Source: Candidatus Saccharimonadota bacterium (GTDB lineage Bacteria > Patescibacteriota > Saccharimonadia > CAILAD01 > GCA-016700035). From it: a DNA stretch of 64,000 bases. The notes under the pieces were generated by a model. It was not told where the DNA came from and ran no database searches. It saw only the letters and a list, made by a program, of their open reading frames with translations. Location: the NCBI GenBank assembly GCA_046350755.1, contig JAXLZV010000001.1:544823-608822 (forward strand), written 5' to 3'. Shown piece after piece: positions 55,473 through 64,000 of this stretch; the first letter of the stretch is position 1; each line of letters starts with the position of its first letter. Position numbers and translations under genes: made by a program.

Positions 55473-56285
55473 ATGGATACCCGGCGCATGAATGAATTCC
55501 GTGAACTTATTTGGGGGCATTATCGTCATCATGGCCGTGACATGCCCTGGCGTGATAACCCTTCTCCCTACAGGGTCGTGGTAAGTGAAGTGATGCTCCA
55601 GCAAACGCAAGTAGAGCGGGTGACGCCGAAGTTTCTCAGCTGGGTCGAGCGTTGGCCGGATTTCACAGCCTTAGCTGACGCCAGTACAGCTACAGTAATT
55701 GGTGAGTGGAAAGGCCTAGGTTATAATCGACGCGCATTGAGGCTGCAAGAGCTGGCGCGGCTCGTCGTGCGCGACCACTCTGGTAAGCTGCCGACCGATC
55801 GCGCAACGCTTGAAGCCTTACCAGGCGTCGGTCCAAATACCGCTGGGGCCATCATGGCGTACGCATTTAATCAGCCGGTGGTATTTATTGAGACAAATAT
55901 TCGTCGAGTTTTTTTGCATCATTTTTTTTCCGACGCCGAGGATGTCCATGATCGTGAATTACTACCACTGATTGAGGCCGCGCTTGATCACGAGCATCCG
56001 CGCGAGTGGTATTGGGCGCTGATGGATTATGGAAGTTGGCTGAAGTCTCAAGTGGCAAATCCGAATCGTCGGAGTCGTCACCACACTCGCCAGGCACCAT
56101 TTGCGGGTTCCCACCGTCAATTGCGCGGGAAAATCCTCGAGCTCTGTCTACAAAAGCCCTATCGAGTCAAGGAGTTAGGTCAGTTGACCGGCCGTGAGGA
56201 GAGCGCGGTCGAACGTGCCGTGTGCGAACTTGTGGCTGAAGGCTTTTTGATGCAAACGCAGGACCGGGTTACAATGAAGATATGA
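55473..56285 (+). CDS. HhH-GPD superfamily base-excision glycosylase (MutY/Nth-like)
   Basis: VVVSEVMLQQTQVERV...LPGVGPNTAGAIMAYAF is the helix-hairpin-helix GPD motif. TATACT sits 6 nt upstream of the ATG. Confidence 0.6.
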   Translation: MDTRRMNEFRELIWGHYRHHGRDMPWRDNPSPYRVVVSEVMLQQTQVERVTPKFLSWVERWPDFTALADASTATVIGEWKGLGYNRRALRLQELARLVVRDHSGKLPTDRATLEALPGVGPNTAGAIMAYAFNQPVVFIETNIRRVFLHHFFSDAEDVHDRELLPLIEAALDHEHPREWYWALMDYGSWLKSQVANPNRRSRHHTRQAPFAGSHRQLRGKILELCLQKPYRVKELGQLTGREESAVERAVCELVAEGFLMQTQDRVTMKI

Positions 56286-56566
56286 AGCGCAATAAAGGGA
56301 TGTGGTTTAAGGCTCGTCAAAACGGCTATGGTTGGCTACCAGTCACGTGGCAGGCTTACGCGATTGTAATGGTCTGGGTGGCGATTTTTGCAGGCTTTGT
56401 GGCCTGGGCGAATATGGCTTTCTCGAATGTCTGGTTAGCTATGGGGGTATCAATCCTGTTTGGCGGGTTTTGGCTGGGTGTCCTCTACGGAGTCGCAACG
56501 ATGAAGGGTGAAAAGTCCCGAACGAGTACCAATAGTTCGGCTGAGTCTCGCGAGCGGCAGTCATGA
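56282..56566 (+). CDS. small membrane protein, hypothetical
   Basis: 94 aa with three TM segments. Overlaps the neighbouring genes by 4 nt. Confidence 0.35.
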   Translation: MKRNKGMWFKARQNGYGWLPVTWQAYAIVMVWVAIFAGFVAWANMAFSNVWLAMGVSILFGGFWLGVLYGVATMKGEKSRTSTNSSAESRERQS

Positions 56567-56997
56567 GACTAGCCCTGTTTGTCCATTTGGTGGGAGTTGT
56601 ACTTGGCTTTGGCACGGTGATGTTTGTCGATATTGTTGGGGCCTTGTGGGTGCTCCGTCGGGCGACTGCCAAACATTTGTTGTGGGCTACCGGCATAGGT
56701 CAAAAGATTATTTGGAGCTCGGTTGGACTACTGATTGCGAGTGGGATTTTTTTGATGCCGGCTGAGCCGTCTTTGCGCACAAAATTCAAGCTGCTAGCAG
56801 TTCTCATACTGATCATCAATGGCTTTTTTCTCGACCGGATTCGCAAGCAGCTTGGTGAGTTTCAAGAATCTGATTTTTGGAAGTTGCCGCGCGGCTTTCA
56901 GATTAAGAGCGTGGTCGCGATAACGTTATCCCAGCTGATGTGGTGGACAGCTGTTATCATCGGCTTTTTGAATAGTTCTAGTCACGTTGTTCGCTAG
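56563..56997 (+). CDS. membrane protein, hypothetical
   Basis: 144 aa with four TM segments. Confidence 0.35.
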   Translation: MRLALFVHLVGVVLGFGTVMFVDIVGALWVLRRATAKHLLWATGIGQKIIWSSVGLLIASGIFLMPAEPSLRTKFKLLAVLILIINGFFLDRIRKQLGEFQESDFWKLPRGFQIKSVVAITLSQLMWWTAVIIGFLNSSSHVVR

Positions 56998-58306
56998 GGC
57001 TTTTTAAAATCTTGTTAAGTTCTTCACGTACGACTTTACGGTCGTCCCACTGAGATTTTCTACCGTCAATCACAATTGATTGTTCGGAGCCTTTGCCGGT
57101 AATGAAGACGACATCGCCCGGTTGAGCGAGCTTAAGTGCTTGGCGAATACCGGCGCGTCGGTCGGTGACGCGGAAATACGTCGCATCAAGTTTACCGCCG
57201 GCCTTTTCAACACCAACAGCGATGTCGTCGATGATCTTTTCGGGGTCATCCCGGTAGGGATCGACATTCGTCAACACTACATAGTCGCTGCCGCGCATAG
57301 CGATTTCACCCATGATCGGTCGCTTAACTTCATCACGTCCACCACCTTCGGCGCCGAGTAAAGTGATGATATTTTTACTACGTTTAGCCATAAGTTGGGC
57401 GCCATCCATGAGCGCTTGCATGCCCGTTTCTTCATGTGCATAGTCGACAATGACGGTAAATGGTTGACCGAGGTCGATACGCTCCATACGTCCAGGGATG
57501 CTGCCGAGCTTATCAAAGCCTTGAGCGATTGAGTGAGCCGAATGGCCAAGTTCGAGCGCGGCAGCGATAGCCCCGGTAGCGTTTGAGACATTGACTGTAC
57601 CAGGAATACCAATGTGGTAGGCCTGCTTATTGATGACGAAACTGGTACCGAGGGCATCTGCTTGCAGTCGAGTCGCTCGATAATCGCTTTTCTGAGCCAG
57701 TGAGTAGCTACGTTTGATGTCAGCTAGGTGGGCAAAGTACTGGCTAAAGTGCTCGGCATCGGCGTTGGCGATGAGGATTTTTGGCTGAATCCGGCCTTTG
57801 ACAACTTTCTGCTTCTTTTTTTCGAGTTGTTGAAATACGCGTTGGTTGTGAGTGTGGAGGATTTCAAGTGAGTAATTATGGCTCGCCATGAGCTCACGAG
57901 TAACATTTGTAAAGATTAGCATGTCAAAGTGAATGCCGACATGGCGCCATTGGGCCTGGCCTTCTGAAGGAACCTCCATGATAGCGTATTTACAGTCGGC
58001 TGCCTCCATTCGCTTGAGAATTTTTTGGAGGTGGTGCCGCCCTGGCATGGTCATATGGTAAGGGTTGAGCGTTTCTTGCTCGCCAATTCGGATATTTGCG
58101 GTTCCTACTAAACCAACTTTACTGTCGTCGCCCGATAAGGCTGCCCAGAGGAGGTTGGCTAACGTGGTTTTACCTTTGCTTCCGACCACACCAATGACAA
58201 TCATGTGTCGGCTTGGGTTGCGATAAGCAAAGCTGGCAGCTAGGGCTTCGATATAGTGAAGATTATTTATAAATTGTTGAGGGATAAGTTTTTTAATCGA
58301 TGGCAT
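56978..58306 (-). CDS. Mur ligase family protein (MurE/MurT-like)
   Basis: VIGVVGSKGKTT P-loop ~45 aa from the N-terminus; DYAHEETG. Confidence 0.55.
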   Translation of the reverse strand: MPSIKKLIPQQFINNLHYIEALAASFAYRNPSRHMIVIGVVGSKGKTTLANLLWAALSGDDSKVGLVGTANIRIGEQETLNPYHMTMPGRHHLQKILKRMEAADCKYAIMEVPSEGQAQWRHVGIHFDMLIFTNVTRELMASHNYSLEILHTHNQRVFQQLEKKKQKVVKGRIQPKILIANADAEHFSQYFAHLADIKRSYSLAQKSDYRATRLQADALGTSFVINKQAYHIGIPGTVNVSNATGAIAAALELGHSAHSIAQGFDKLGSIPGRMERIDLGQPFTVIVDYAHEETGMQALMDGAQLMAKRSKNIITLLGAEGGGRDEVKRPIMGEIAMRGSDYVVLTNVDPYRDDPEKIIDDIAVGVEKAGGKLDATYFRVTDRRAGIRQALKLAQPGDVVFITGKGSEQSIVIDGRKSQWDDRKVVREELNKILKSPSEQRD

Positions 58307-58322
58307 ATAGCTATTGTACTAG

Positions 58323-58360
58323 AAAAAACGAATTCGCCCCCGAGCCGAAGCTCGGGGGCG
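58323..58360 (-). terminator. orphan minus-strand intrinsic terminator
   Basis: CGCCCCCGAGC-CGAA-GCTCGGGGGCG, followed on the minus RNA by TTCGTTTTTTC. No annotated minus-strand gene lies upstream of it. Confidence 0.5.
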
Positions 58361-58749
58361 GTATGTCAGCCACGGATGCTGGGTGGGATGCCGCGGCTGA
58401 TGAAGGCTTTACCGATTGGGGTGTGGGTAAAGCATCGAAGTTCTCAGGGCTGTGGATCTATGGCGCAAAATCAGATCATGACCGATGTGAGGATGGAGCT
58501 AGGGAAGGGTCGTGGTCTGGTTAGCGTGCGGGCGAACACGCTCTTCGCGCAGAGCCTAGGCTTGTCGGGTCTAGGCAGCCCTGAGACAGGTGCGGCCAAC
58601 GGGTCTGGTTCCGTAGGCGTGATCACCTCTGACACTGTTTATATGAGGTACATAGCCGCTGGGGCTGTCATTGGGCTCAGTCTAGTCTTGTTGATCTTAG
58701 CCGTCAAGACTAGCGACGCTGACTGATACGCCATGTACAATAGAAGCTA

Positions 58750-59643
58750 ATGTCTGACGTTAGAATCATCCAGGCCGGTACGAGTGAGGGGAGCTTTAGT
58801 GATGGAGCTGAACAGGGTCCAGCAGCGATGCTGGCAGCTGGTTTAGAGCGACTACTACAGCAGTCTGGCCTGAAGACCGAGCTAGTGGATATTCCGACAG
58901 TCGAGCCACACACCCAGTCGGCACATGATGGTGTGCGCCAGGCTCGCTCGCTGGTGCCGTGGCTGCAGGCCGTTTTGGCTGCGACACTCCGCGGTAGCTC
59001 GGGACGCGCCCTCACTTTGGGCGGCGATCACTCGGTTGCGATCCCGAGCTTGATGGCAACTAAGCGGCGTTATCGCGAGGCAGTTTGTGTCTATATTGAT
59101 GCTCATCCTGATAGTAACGATATCGCCTCCTCGCCGACAGGCAATCTGCACGGTATGCCTTTGCGAGTTGTGACAGGTGAGGTCTTGGCGGATCAGTTTC
59201 AGGGTCCGTATTTTCGGCCAGATGAATTGTGTTTCATTGGTATTAAGGATATCGACGATGCTGAGGCCGAGTGGATTGCGCGTCATGGCGTGCGCGCCTA
59301 TACCATGGACACGGTGATTGAACGGGGGATCGCTTCGATATTGCAAGATGTACAAGCTTGGATAGCTCATCGTCCATTGCACGTTAGTTTTGATATTGAT
59401 GTGATTGATAGTCAGTACGCACCTGGTACCGGCATTCGTAACGCCGGTGGGCTGACTTATCGCGAGGCTGATTATTTAGCTCGCCGGCTTGGAGCGCTGC
59501 GACCAGTCGCCGTTGATGTCGTTGAGCTGAATCCGGCTCGTGATCTCAGTGGCCAGACGACACGTTTGGCAGTCGAGCTGGCGGTGGCTTTGCTGGGTGG
59601 GAAATGGAGCGAGTATGATCGTTACCTGGAGAGCGAACATTAG
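58750..59643 (+). CDS. arginase/agmatinase/formiminoglutamase family hydrolase
   Basis: GGDHSVAIP, DAHPD and SFDIDVID manganese-binding motifs. Confidence 0.7.
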   Translation: MSDVRIIQAGTSEGSFSDGAEQGPAAMLAAGLERLLQQSGLKTELVDIPTVEPHTQSAHDGVRQARSLVPWLQAVLAATLRGSSGRALTLGGDHSVAIPSLMATKRRYREAVCVYIDAHPDSNDIASSPTGNLHGMPLRVVTGEVLADQFQGPYFRPDELCFIGIKDIDDAEAEWIARHGVRAYTMDTVIERGIASILQDVQAWIAHRPLHVSFDIDVIDSQYAPGTGIRNAGGLTYREADYLARRLGALRPVAVDVVELNPARDLSGQTTRLAVELAVALLGGKWSEYDRYLESEH

Positions 59644-59649
59644 GCGGCG

Positions 59650-60252
59650 ATGAGCGAGCAGCTTCATCAGGATCGACGATCGCGCAACATAGTACTTGGC
59701 TTGATTGTGGTGAGCTTATTGGTCATTGGTTTGGTAGCCTGGCGGATGCAAATATTTATCCGGTCGCAGCCGCAAGCACGCCTGGCTCCTAAGCCGGTCT
59801 CCATGCAGCCAACGTCCGATCAGGTGGTTGTACAGACAGCGTGCTTTGCCTTTCTTTTGCCAAAAGATTTTGAAACAACCAGCTCGGCTGATTGCACGGC
59901 GAATAGTTATGCACGACCGCGCAAATATCAGTATGTTAATGTCGCGCCCTTCTATGGAGTGCAAAGCGATGACGAGATGTTGAGCCGTTGGCGACAACGA
60001 TGGCTGACCCTAGATGGCGGGGAAAAGGACTTAAGCCAAACTACTGTCGCCGGTAAGCCCGCCTGGCGTGTCGTCGATTACTACTCACAAAACCAAGAAT
60101 CATTTGTGACATATTTGGTCCGTTTGCCGCGTCCGGTGCGGGTGGAGGGTAGTCAGCCGGTGACCGCGCTGGAGATTCGAGCCTGGGGAACCACGGAAGC
60201 CGATCGGCAATTGCTTGAAAGTGTGATAGCCACTTGGCGGTGGCGTTTATAG
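59650..60252 (+). CDS. membrane-anchored hypothetical protein, paralog 1 of the DCT...TWxW family
   Basis: N-terminal TM, VVVQTACFAF...ADCTAN...ESVIATWRWRL. Confidence 0.5.
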   Translation: MSEQLHQDRRSRNIVLGLIVVSLLVIGLVAWRMQIFIRSQPQARLAPKPVSMQPTSDQVVVQTACFAFLLPKDFETTSSADCTANSYARPRKYQYVNVAPFYGVQSDDEMLSRWRQRWLTLDGGEKDLSQTTVAGKPAWRVVDYYSQNQESFVTYLVRLPRPVRVEGSQPVTALEIRAWGTTEADRQLLESVIATWRWRL

Positions 60253-60305
60253 GGCATAGCCTCGAAGATGCTCATGCTATACTGAGACGTGAGCAATATA
60301 CTGCC

Positions 60306-61370
60306 ATGAATCCGTCAGATAATCCAATCCAGCCAGATCCACAACCGGTTTCGCCATCTGATCCGCCGGTGTTTCATAACCCCTTGGCGCAGGCTTATGG
60401 CGATCATACTGGTCAGCTGCCACCGTCTGCAGTCCCGTCAACGCAACCGCCGGCGATTAGTCCCAAGCCGTTCACGCCCCCGATGGCTCCGCCGGCTGGA
60501 CCAGCTCCCGTGCAGCCAGCCCCAGCCCCAGCCCAGCCGACAGTGAACCAATTGCCCCAGACAGTTGTGAAGCCAGCGCCAGTGCGCTTAGCTCCTGAGC
60601 CAAAAGCGGACGATTATCATGCGGCGGCGGCTACTCAATCAGCCCACGTTGCGCCGTTTGGTACACCGGTGAACCAAGTCAACACCAGCACTTCGCCAAC
60701 TCCCGTACCGGCCAAAAAGAGTCGAAAGGGTCTCGTGGTTGGGCTGATAATTGGCTTGTCGTTGCTAGTGATCGGGGTCGGTGCCTTCCTTTTATTCAGG
60801 CCCGCCAAGAAGCCAACTGCGCCATCGCCCACAGCGTCGGTTGCGGCTGGCTCAAAACGTGACACGCAGGAAAAGTCCGTACAGCCATTCTCACAAAAGG
60901 TTATGACCGAATGTTATGTCACACAGGTACTTGTGCCGGTTGATACTCAGCTCAATAAAGACTGCACGCTCGACGTTCGCTATGGTGAACAAAAAATTTC
61001 TTCAATTACTGTTTCTCCGCAACGTGATTTTAATCTTGTGGCGGATCAATCTTCTGGCCAAGCTTCAGATGGCACGACCCGATTTGATACGGAAAAGTAT
61101 CTTGACGCGTTGATCGCTAACGCTATTTCTAAGGACCTCATTGTAACCCGCGAAAAGCTGACGGTTGGTGGCCTGGAGGCGACTAAGGTTGTTGGCAAAC
61201 AGCAAGCCAGTAGCGCCAGTATAGTGGCCTACGTGTTTATTGTGTTGCCCGAGGGAGATCGGAAATTTAACGAAAAGACGTTTGTCGCATTCATCATCAC
61301 GGGTGCGTATAATGATGATTATAGCCGTAAGGGTTTTGATCAAGCCCTCTCCACATGGTCGTGGAAATAA
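60306..61370 (+). CDS. membrane-anchored hypothetical protein with Pro-rich N-region, paralog 2 of the DCT...TWxW family
   Basis: Pro-rich ~165-aa N-terminal segment, TM, VMTECYVTQV...NKDCTLD...DQALSTWSWK. Confidence 0.5.
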   Translation: MNPSDNPIQPDPQPVSPSDPPVFHNPLAQAYGDHTGQLPPSAVPSTQPPAISPKPFTPPMAPPAGPAPVQPAPAPAQPTVNQLPQTVVKPAPVRLAPEPKADDYHAAAATQSAHVAPFGTPVNQVNTSTSPTPVPAKKSRKGLVVGLIIGLSLLVIGVGAFLLFRPAKKPTAPSPTASVAAGSKRDTQEKSVQPFSQKVMTECYVTQVLVPVDTQLNKDCTLDVRYGEQKISSITVSPQRDFNLVADQSSGQASDGTTRFDTEKYLDALIANAISKDLIVTREKLTVGGLEATKVVGKQQASSASIVAYVFIVLPEGDRKFNEKTFVAFIITGAYNDDYSRKGFDQALSTWSWK

Positions 61371-61379
61371 GGAGATACT

Positions 61380-62009
61380 ATGAGTAATGTTATGCAGCCT
61401 TCTAAGCATCATCGAGCCTACCAAGCGCTGGGAATTGCCTTAGCCGTAGCGGCGCTTGGCTTTGTGATGTATCTGGGTGCACAGTATTGGAATCGGTTGA
61501 AGTCCACTGACGCTTCACAGAAGCAGGCGGCTAATCAAGCAGCTCAGCCCGGTAATGTGGTGAGAGATAATGCTGTAGTCACGACTCCATGCTATAGCTT
61601 TACCGTTAAAAGGACTTCAAGCTTTGGTGGCTTTGATGAATGTACTGTTCAGCTGACCTATGGCACTGATACGCAAAACAAACTCAATGTCTACAAGGGC
61701 AATGCCATTATTCAAGCCGATGCATCGAAGCCTTTTGTTGAACCTTATAAGGACCTGTTTGCCAAGAGAAATATCGAGGTGATTCGGGCTGAAGACATCA
61801 AGCTTGACGGTGAAACTGGTGGCTTATTCATCGTGCAAGACAATGCCACTAAGCAGAAGCAGGCCCAGATAATCGCCGTCTCTAAGACTGTCAGTAATGC
61901 TGACACCGCTTCGCCAATCCGTGCTGCATACACGGTAACGACACCGTACGCAACAGATGAGCAAAAAGCAGTGGTGCAGGGCATCATTGATACTTGGAAG
62001 TGGAAGTAA
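61380..62009 (+). CDS. membrane-anchored hypothetical protein, paralog 3 of the DCT...TWxW family
   Basis: AAGGAGAT RBS. VVTTPCYSF...FDECTVQ...VQGIIDTWKWK. Confidence 0.5.
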   Translation: MSNVMQPSKHHRAYQALGIALAVAALGFVMYLGAQYWNRLKSTDASQKQAANQAAQPGNVVRDNAVVTTPCYSFTVKRTSSFGGFDECTVQLTYGTDTQNKLNVYKGNAIIQADASKPFVEPYKDLFAKRNIEVIRAEDIKLDGETGGLFIVQDNATKQKQAQIIAVSKTVSNADTASPIRAAYTVTTPYATDEQKAVVQGIIDTWKWK

Positions 62010-62587
62010 TCTCTACGCCTCATGCACTGATTATTCATGGCTGGAATGATGACCCAACAAAAGGTTGGCTCGGTTGGTTGTCACAAAAGTTAATAGATGC
62101 TGGATATCGTGTGGAGGCGCCCCACCTCTCGATTGAAGATCGACCGTTGCTGCCGAGCTGGGAGGCACAACTCAATACATCCACCACAGCGCTAGGGCAA
62201 GATTCATTAATTGTGGCTCACTCGCTGGGCACATTTCTCGCGCTGAGGTTACTCGAGGGTCTTCCTGAGGCACAGCGGGTCGGGACGATTGTCTTAGTTA
62301 GTGGCTTTTATGATTCTCCTGATGCGCGCGCCAGTCACTGGTTTTTACCCGAGCCGAATTGGTCGCTTATTAAATCCCGGGCGGAACGTTTTATCTGTAT
62401 ATATAGCGATGATGATCATATTGTGACACCTGATCGGACACGCCGGTTAGCTCATCAGCTCAGCGGAGAACTGATTTGCATGCCGAGCTATGGCCATTTT
62501 TTGGGTAGTCGAGGCATCGCAACTGTGCCAGAATTACTCGAGCTTCTGGAAGATAAGGGGCTTTACAAGCCGACTCCTAAGCGGTAG
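61994..62587 (+). CDS. alpha/beta serine hydrolase (YdeN/RBBP9-like)
   Basis: LIIHGWNDDP...AHSLGTF (GxSxG) ...D...H. TTG or GTG start overlapping the upstream stop. Confidence 0.5.
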   Translation: MEVEVISTPHALIIHGWNDDPTKGWLGWLSQKLIDAGYRVEAPHLSIEDRPLLPSWEAQLNTSTTALGQDSLIVAHSLGTFLALRLLEGLPEAQRVGTIVLVSGFYDSPDARASHWFLPEPNWSLIKSRAERFICIYSDDDHIVTPDRTRRLAHQLSGELICMPSYGHFLGSRGIATVPELLELLEDKGLYKPTPKR

Positions 62588-62644
62588 AATCTTCACTTAC
62601 CTGTACCTGTCCAGCTCGGACGCAAATGAGGAGAGTGATAGAAA

Positions 62645-62986
62645 GTGCCAAGCAGTTTCAGTATGGCTGATCAGTTCACCGATGCATGTCTGGCCGTCTG
62701 CAAGGCTGAGGGGGTGAAGATCGACCCCGCTACCAGGGATCTGGTGATCGCCGAAGTGCACACCCAGCTCAACTTGCGCATGTTCCGCCCGGAGCGCATC
62801 GTTACCTTAGGCGGACCGCCTGAGTTGCCACGCACCGATCGGATCCTATGGGTCACGGCATTCGTGATGTGGAAGATCGGGATGCGCCCCAATCATCCCA
62901 AGTTCAGGCAGCTGACAACTGGCTTGCGCTTGCGCGAGGAAGCTGAAGCATCGTCTCAGCAGCCCATTCCGGCCAGCATCACCTGA
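62645..62986 (+). CDS. hypothetical protein, GC-rich
   Basis: GTG start with GAGGAG 11 nt upstream. 113 aa. Followed by a CCGCCCCCA..TGGGGGCGG hairpin. Confidence 0.4.
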   Translation: MPSSFSMADQFTDACLAVCKAEGVKIDPATRDLVIAEVHTQLNLRMFRPERIVTLGGPPELPRTDRILWVTAFVMWKIGMRPNHPKFRQLTTGLRLREEAEASSQQPIPASIT

Positions 62987-63084
62987 TCATCACTCCGCTT
63001 TACCCCGCCCCCAGACCTACGTGGTTTGGGGGCGGTATTCGTCTACTCTTCGGTATTTCATCCGTTGTGCCCTATAATGAAGCC

Positions 63085-64000
63085 ATGAACGATGTAGAAG
63101 AGGTAAAGCATCGGCTCGATATCGTCGAGGTAATTAGCGGCTATGTCGAGCTAAAGAAAGCTGGTAAAGACTATCGGGGTATCTCGCCGTTTCGGCAAGA
63201 GCGTACGCCAAGTTTTTTTGTCAGCCCCGATAAGCAGATTTGGCACGATTTTGGCTCCAATGAAGGCGGCGACGTGATTAGCTTTGTGATGCGCCAGGAG
63301 GGGCTAAGTTTTCCTGAGGCTCTTGAGATGTTGGCCGCCCGAGCAGGTGTGAAGCTTACGCGACGGGGTGGTGAAAAGGGTGAGTCGAAGTCGCGCCTTT
63401 ATGAGCTGGTTGAACTGGCCGTGAAGTACTATCACTATCAGCTATCGCAGTCGGCTGTGGCCCTGGACTACATTCGTAACAAGCGTGGACTGGAGACAGA
63501 GACGATTAAGGCTTTTATGGTCGGCTATGCGCCAGATACTTGGAGTGGTTTGACCGACTTTGCACTCAAAAAGGGCTTTCAGCAGGCGGAGTTAGTCACT
63601 GCTGGCCTGGCCGCGCGACGCAATCGTGGTGACGGTGTCTATGATGTTTTTCGGGGTCGAGTGATGTTTCCAGTTTATGATGCACAGGGGAGAGCAGTCG
63701 GCTTTTCCGGGCGGCTCATGAGTGACGAGGCGCGTGCGGCGAAGTATATTAATACTCCTGATACACCGCTGTACCATAAGTCGCGGGCGATGTTTGGCCT
63801 CAAGCAGGCTAAAGAAGCGATTCGTCAGGCAGACACTGCTGTCCTAGTGGAAGGTAATGTCGATGTCATATCGCTTTGGCAGCATGGTCAGAAGAATGTC
63901 GTGGCAGTCAGTGGTACAGCCCTAACGGCCGATCAGCTGAAGATTCTTGGTCGTTTAGCTCAGAAAATCATTCTCTGCTTTGACCAAGATTCGGCCGGAC
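63085..64000 (+). CDS. dnaG: DNA primase DnaG (N-terminal ~305 aa; continues beyond window) with degenerate zinc-ribbon
   Basis: HRLDIVEVISGYVELKKAGKDYRGISPFRQERTPSF...; TOPRIM AVLVEGNVDVISLWQHG...ILCFDQDSAG. TATAAT sits 6 nt upstream of the ATG. Confidence 0.75.
   Translation, partial: MNDVEEVKHRLDIVEVISGYVELKKAGKDYRGISPFRQERTPSFFVSPDKQIWHDFGSNEGGDVISFVMRQEGLSFPEALEMLAARAGVKLTRRGGEKGESKSRLYELVELAVKYYHYQLSQSAVALDYIRNKRGLETETIKAFMVGYAPDTWSGLTDFALKKGFQQAELVTAGLAARRNRGDGVYDVFRGRVMFPVYDAQGRAVGFSGRLMSDEARAAKYINTPDTPLYHKSRAMFGLKQAKEAIRQADTAVLVEGNVDVISLWQHGQKNVVAVSGTALTADQLKILGRLAQKIILCFDQDSAG

Noticed and set aside
58256-58726. 156-aa plus-strand ORF spanning the murE-like start region
   Set aside because: Its 5' half overlaps the start and terminator hairpin of the minus-strand Mur ligase gene. 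Only the 3' part (a possible 88-aa protein from 58468) remains plausible, and it is flagged as a low-confidence finding instead.

Overview
The window is a gene-dense stretch (~50% GC by eye) of a small, probably episymbiotic genome with many Candidate-Phyla-Radiation/Saccharibacteria-like features, interrupted by several conspicuously GC-rich blocks (~58-68% by eye, not computed). From start to end it holds: (1) a type IV secretion-like locus, with a TrbL/VirB6-like giant membrane protein translationally coupled to a PrgI/VirB3-like gene and divergent from four tandem pilin-like paralogs; (2) housekeeping genes (hsp20, comFC, purN, mscL, ogt, mazG-like, valS, tsaD, two FemAB paralogs, a phosphohexomutase, groES/groEL behind a perfect CIRCE operator, PGI/PMI, pepF, msrB, a GDPD, rarA, an LCP protein, gmk, a Mur ligase, an arginase-family protein, and a partial dnaG); (3) nine tRNA or tRNA-like genes, including four tRNA-Ser isoacceptors, two tRNA-Arg, one tRNA-Pro and two non-canonical tRNA-like elements, sitting in a GC-rich non-coding cluster at 10.3-11.5 kb with two unassigned structured RNAs; (4) at least eight GC-rich insertions of unknown-function genes plus Actinobacteria-type genes (an Rpf-like transglycosylase, an MDMPI_N/DinB_2-like protein, a GNAT), suggesting acquisition from a high-GC donor; and (5) a tandem family of three secreted or anchored paralogs sharing a DCT motif and a C-terminal TWxW(K/R). 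A recurrent TATAAT-N6/7-ATG arrangement at many starts suggests widespread leaderless transcription. No CRISPR array, rRNA, transposase or integrase was seen. All calls rest on manual reading of the ORF translations and sequence; no database search was run.
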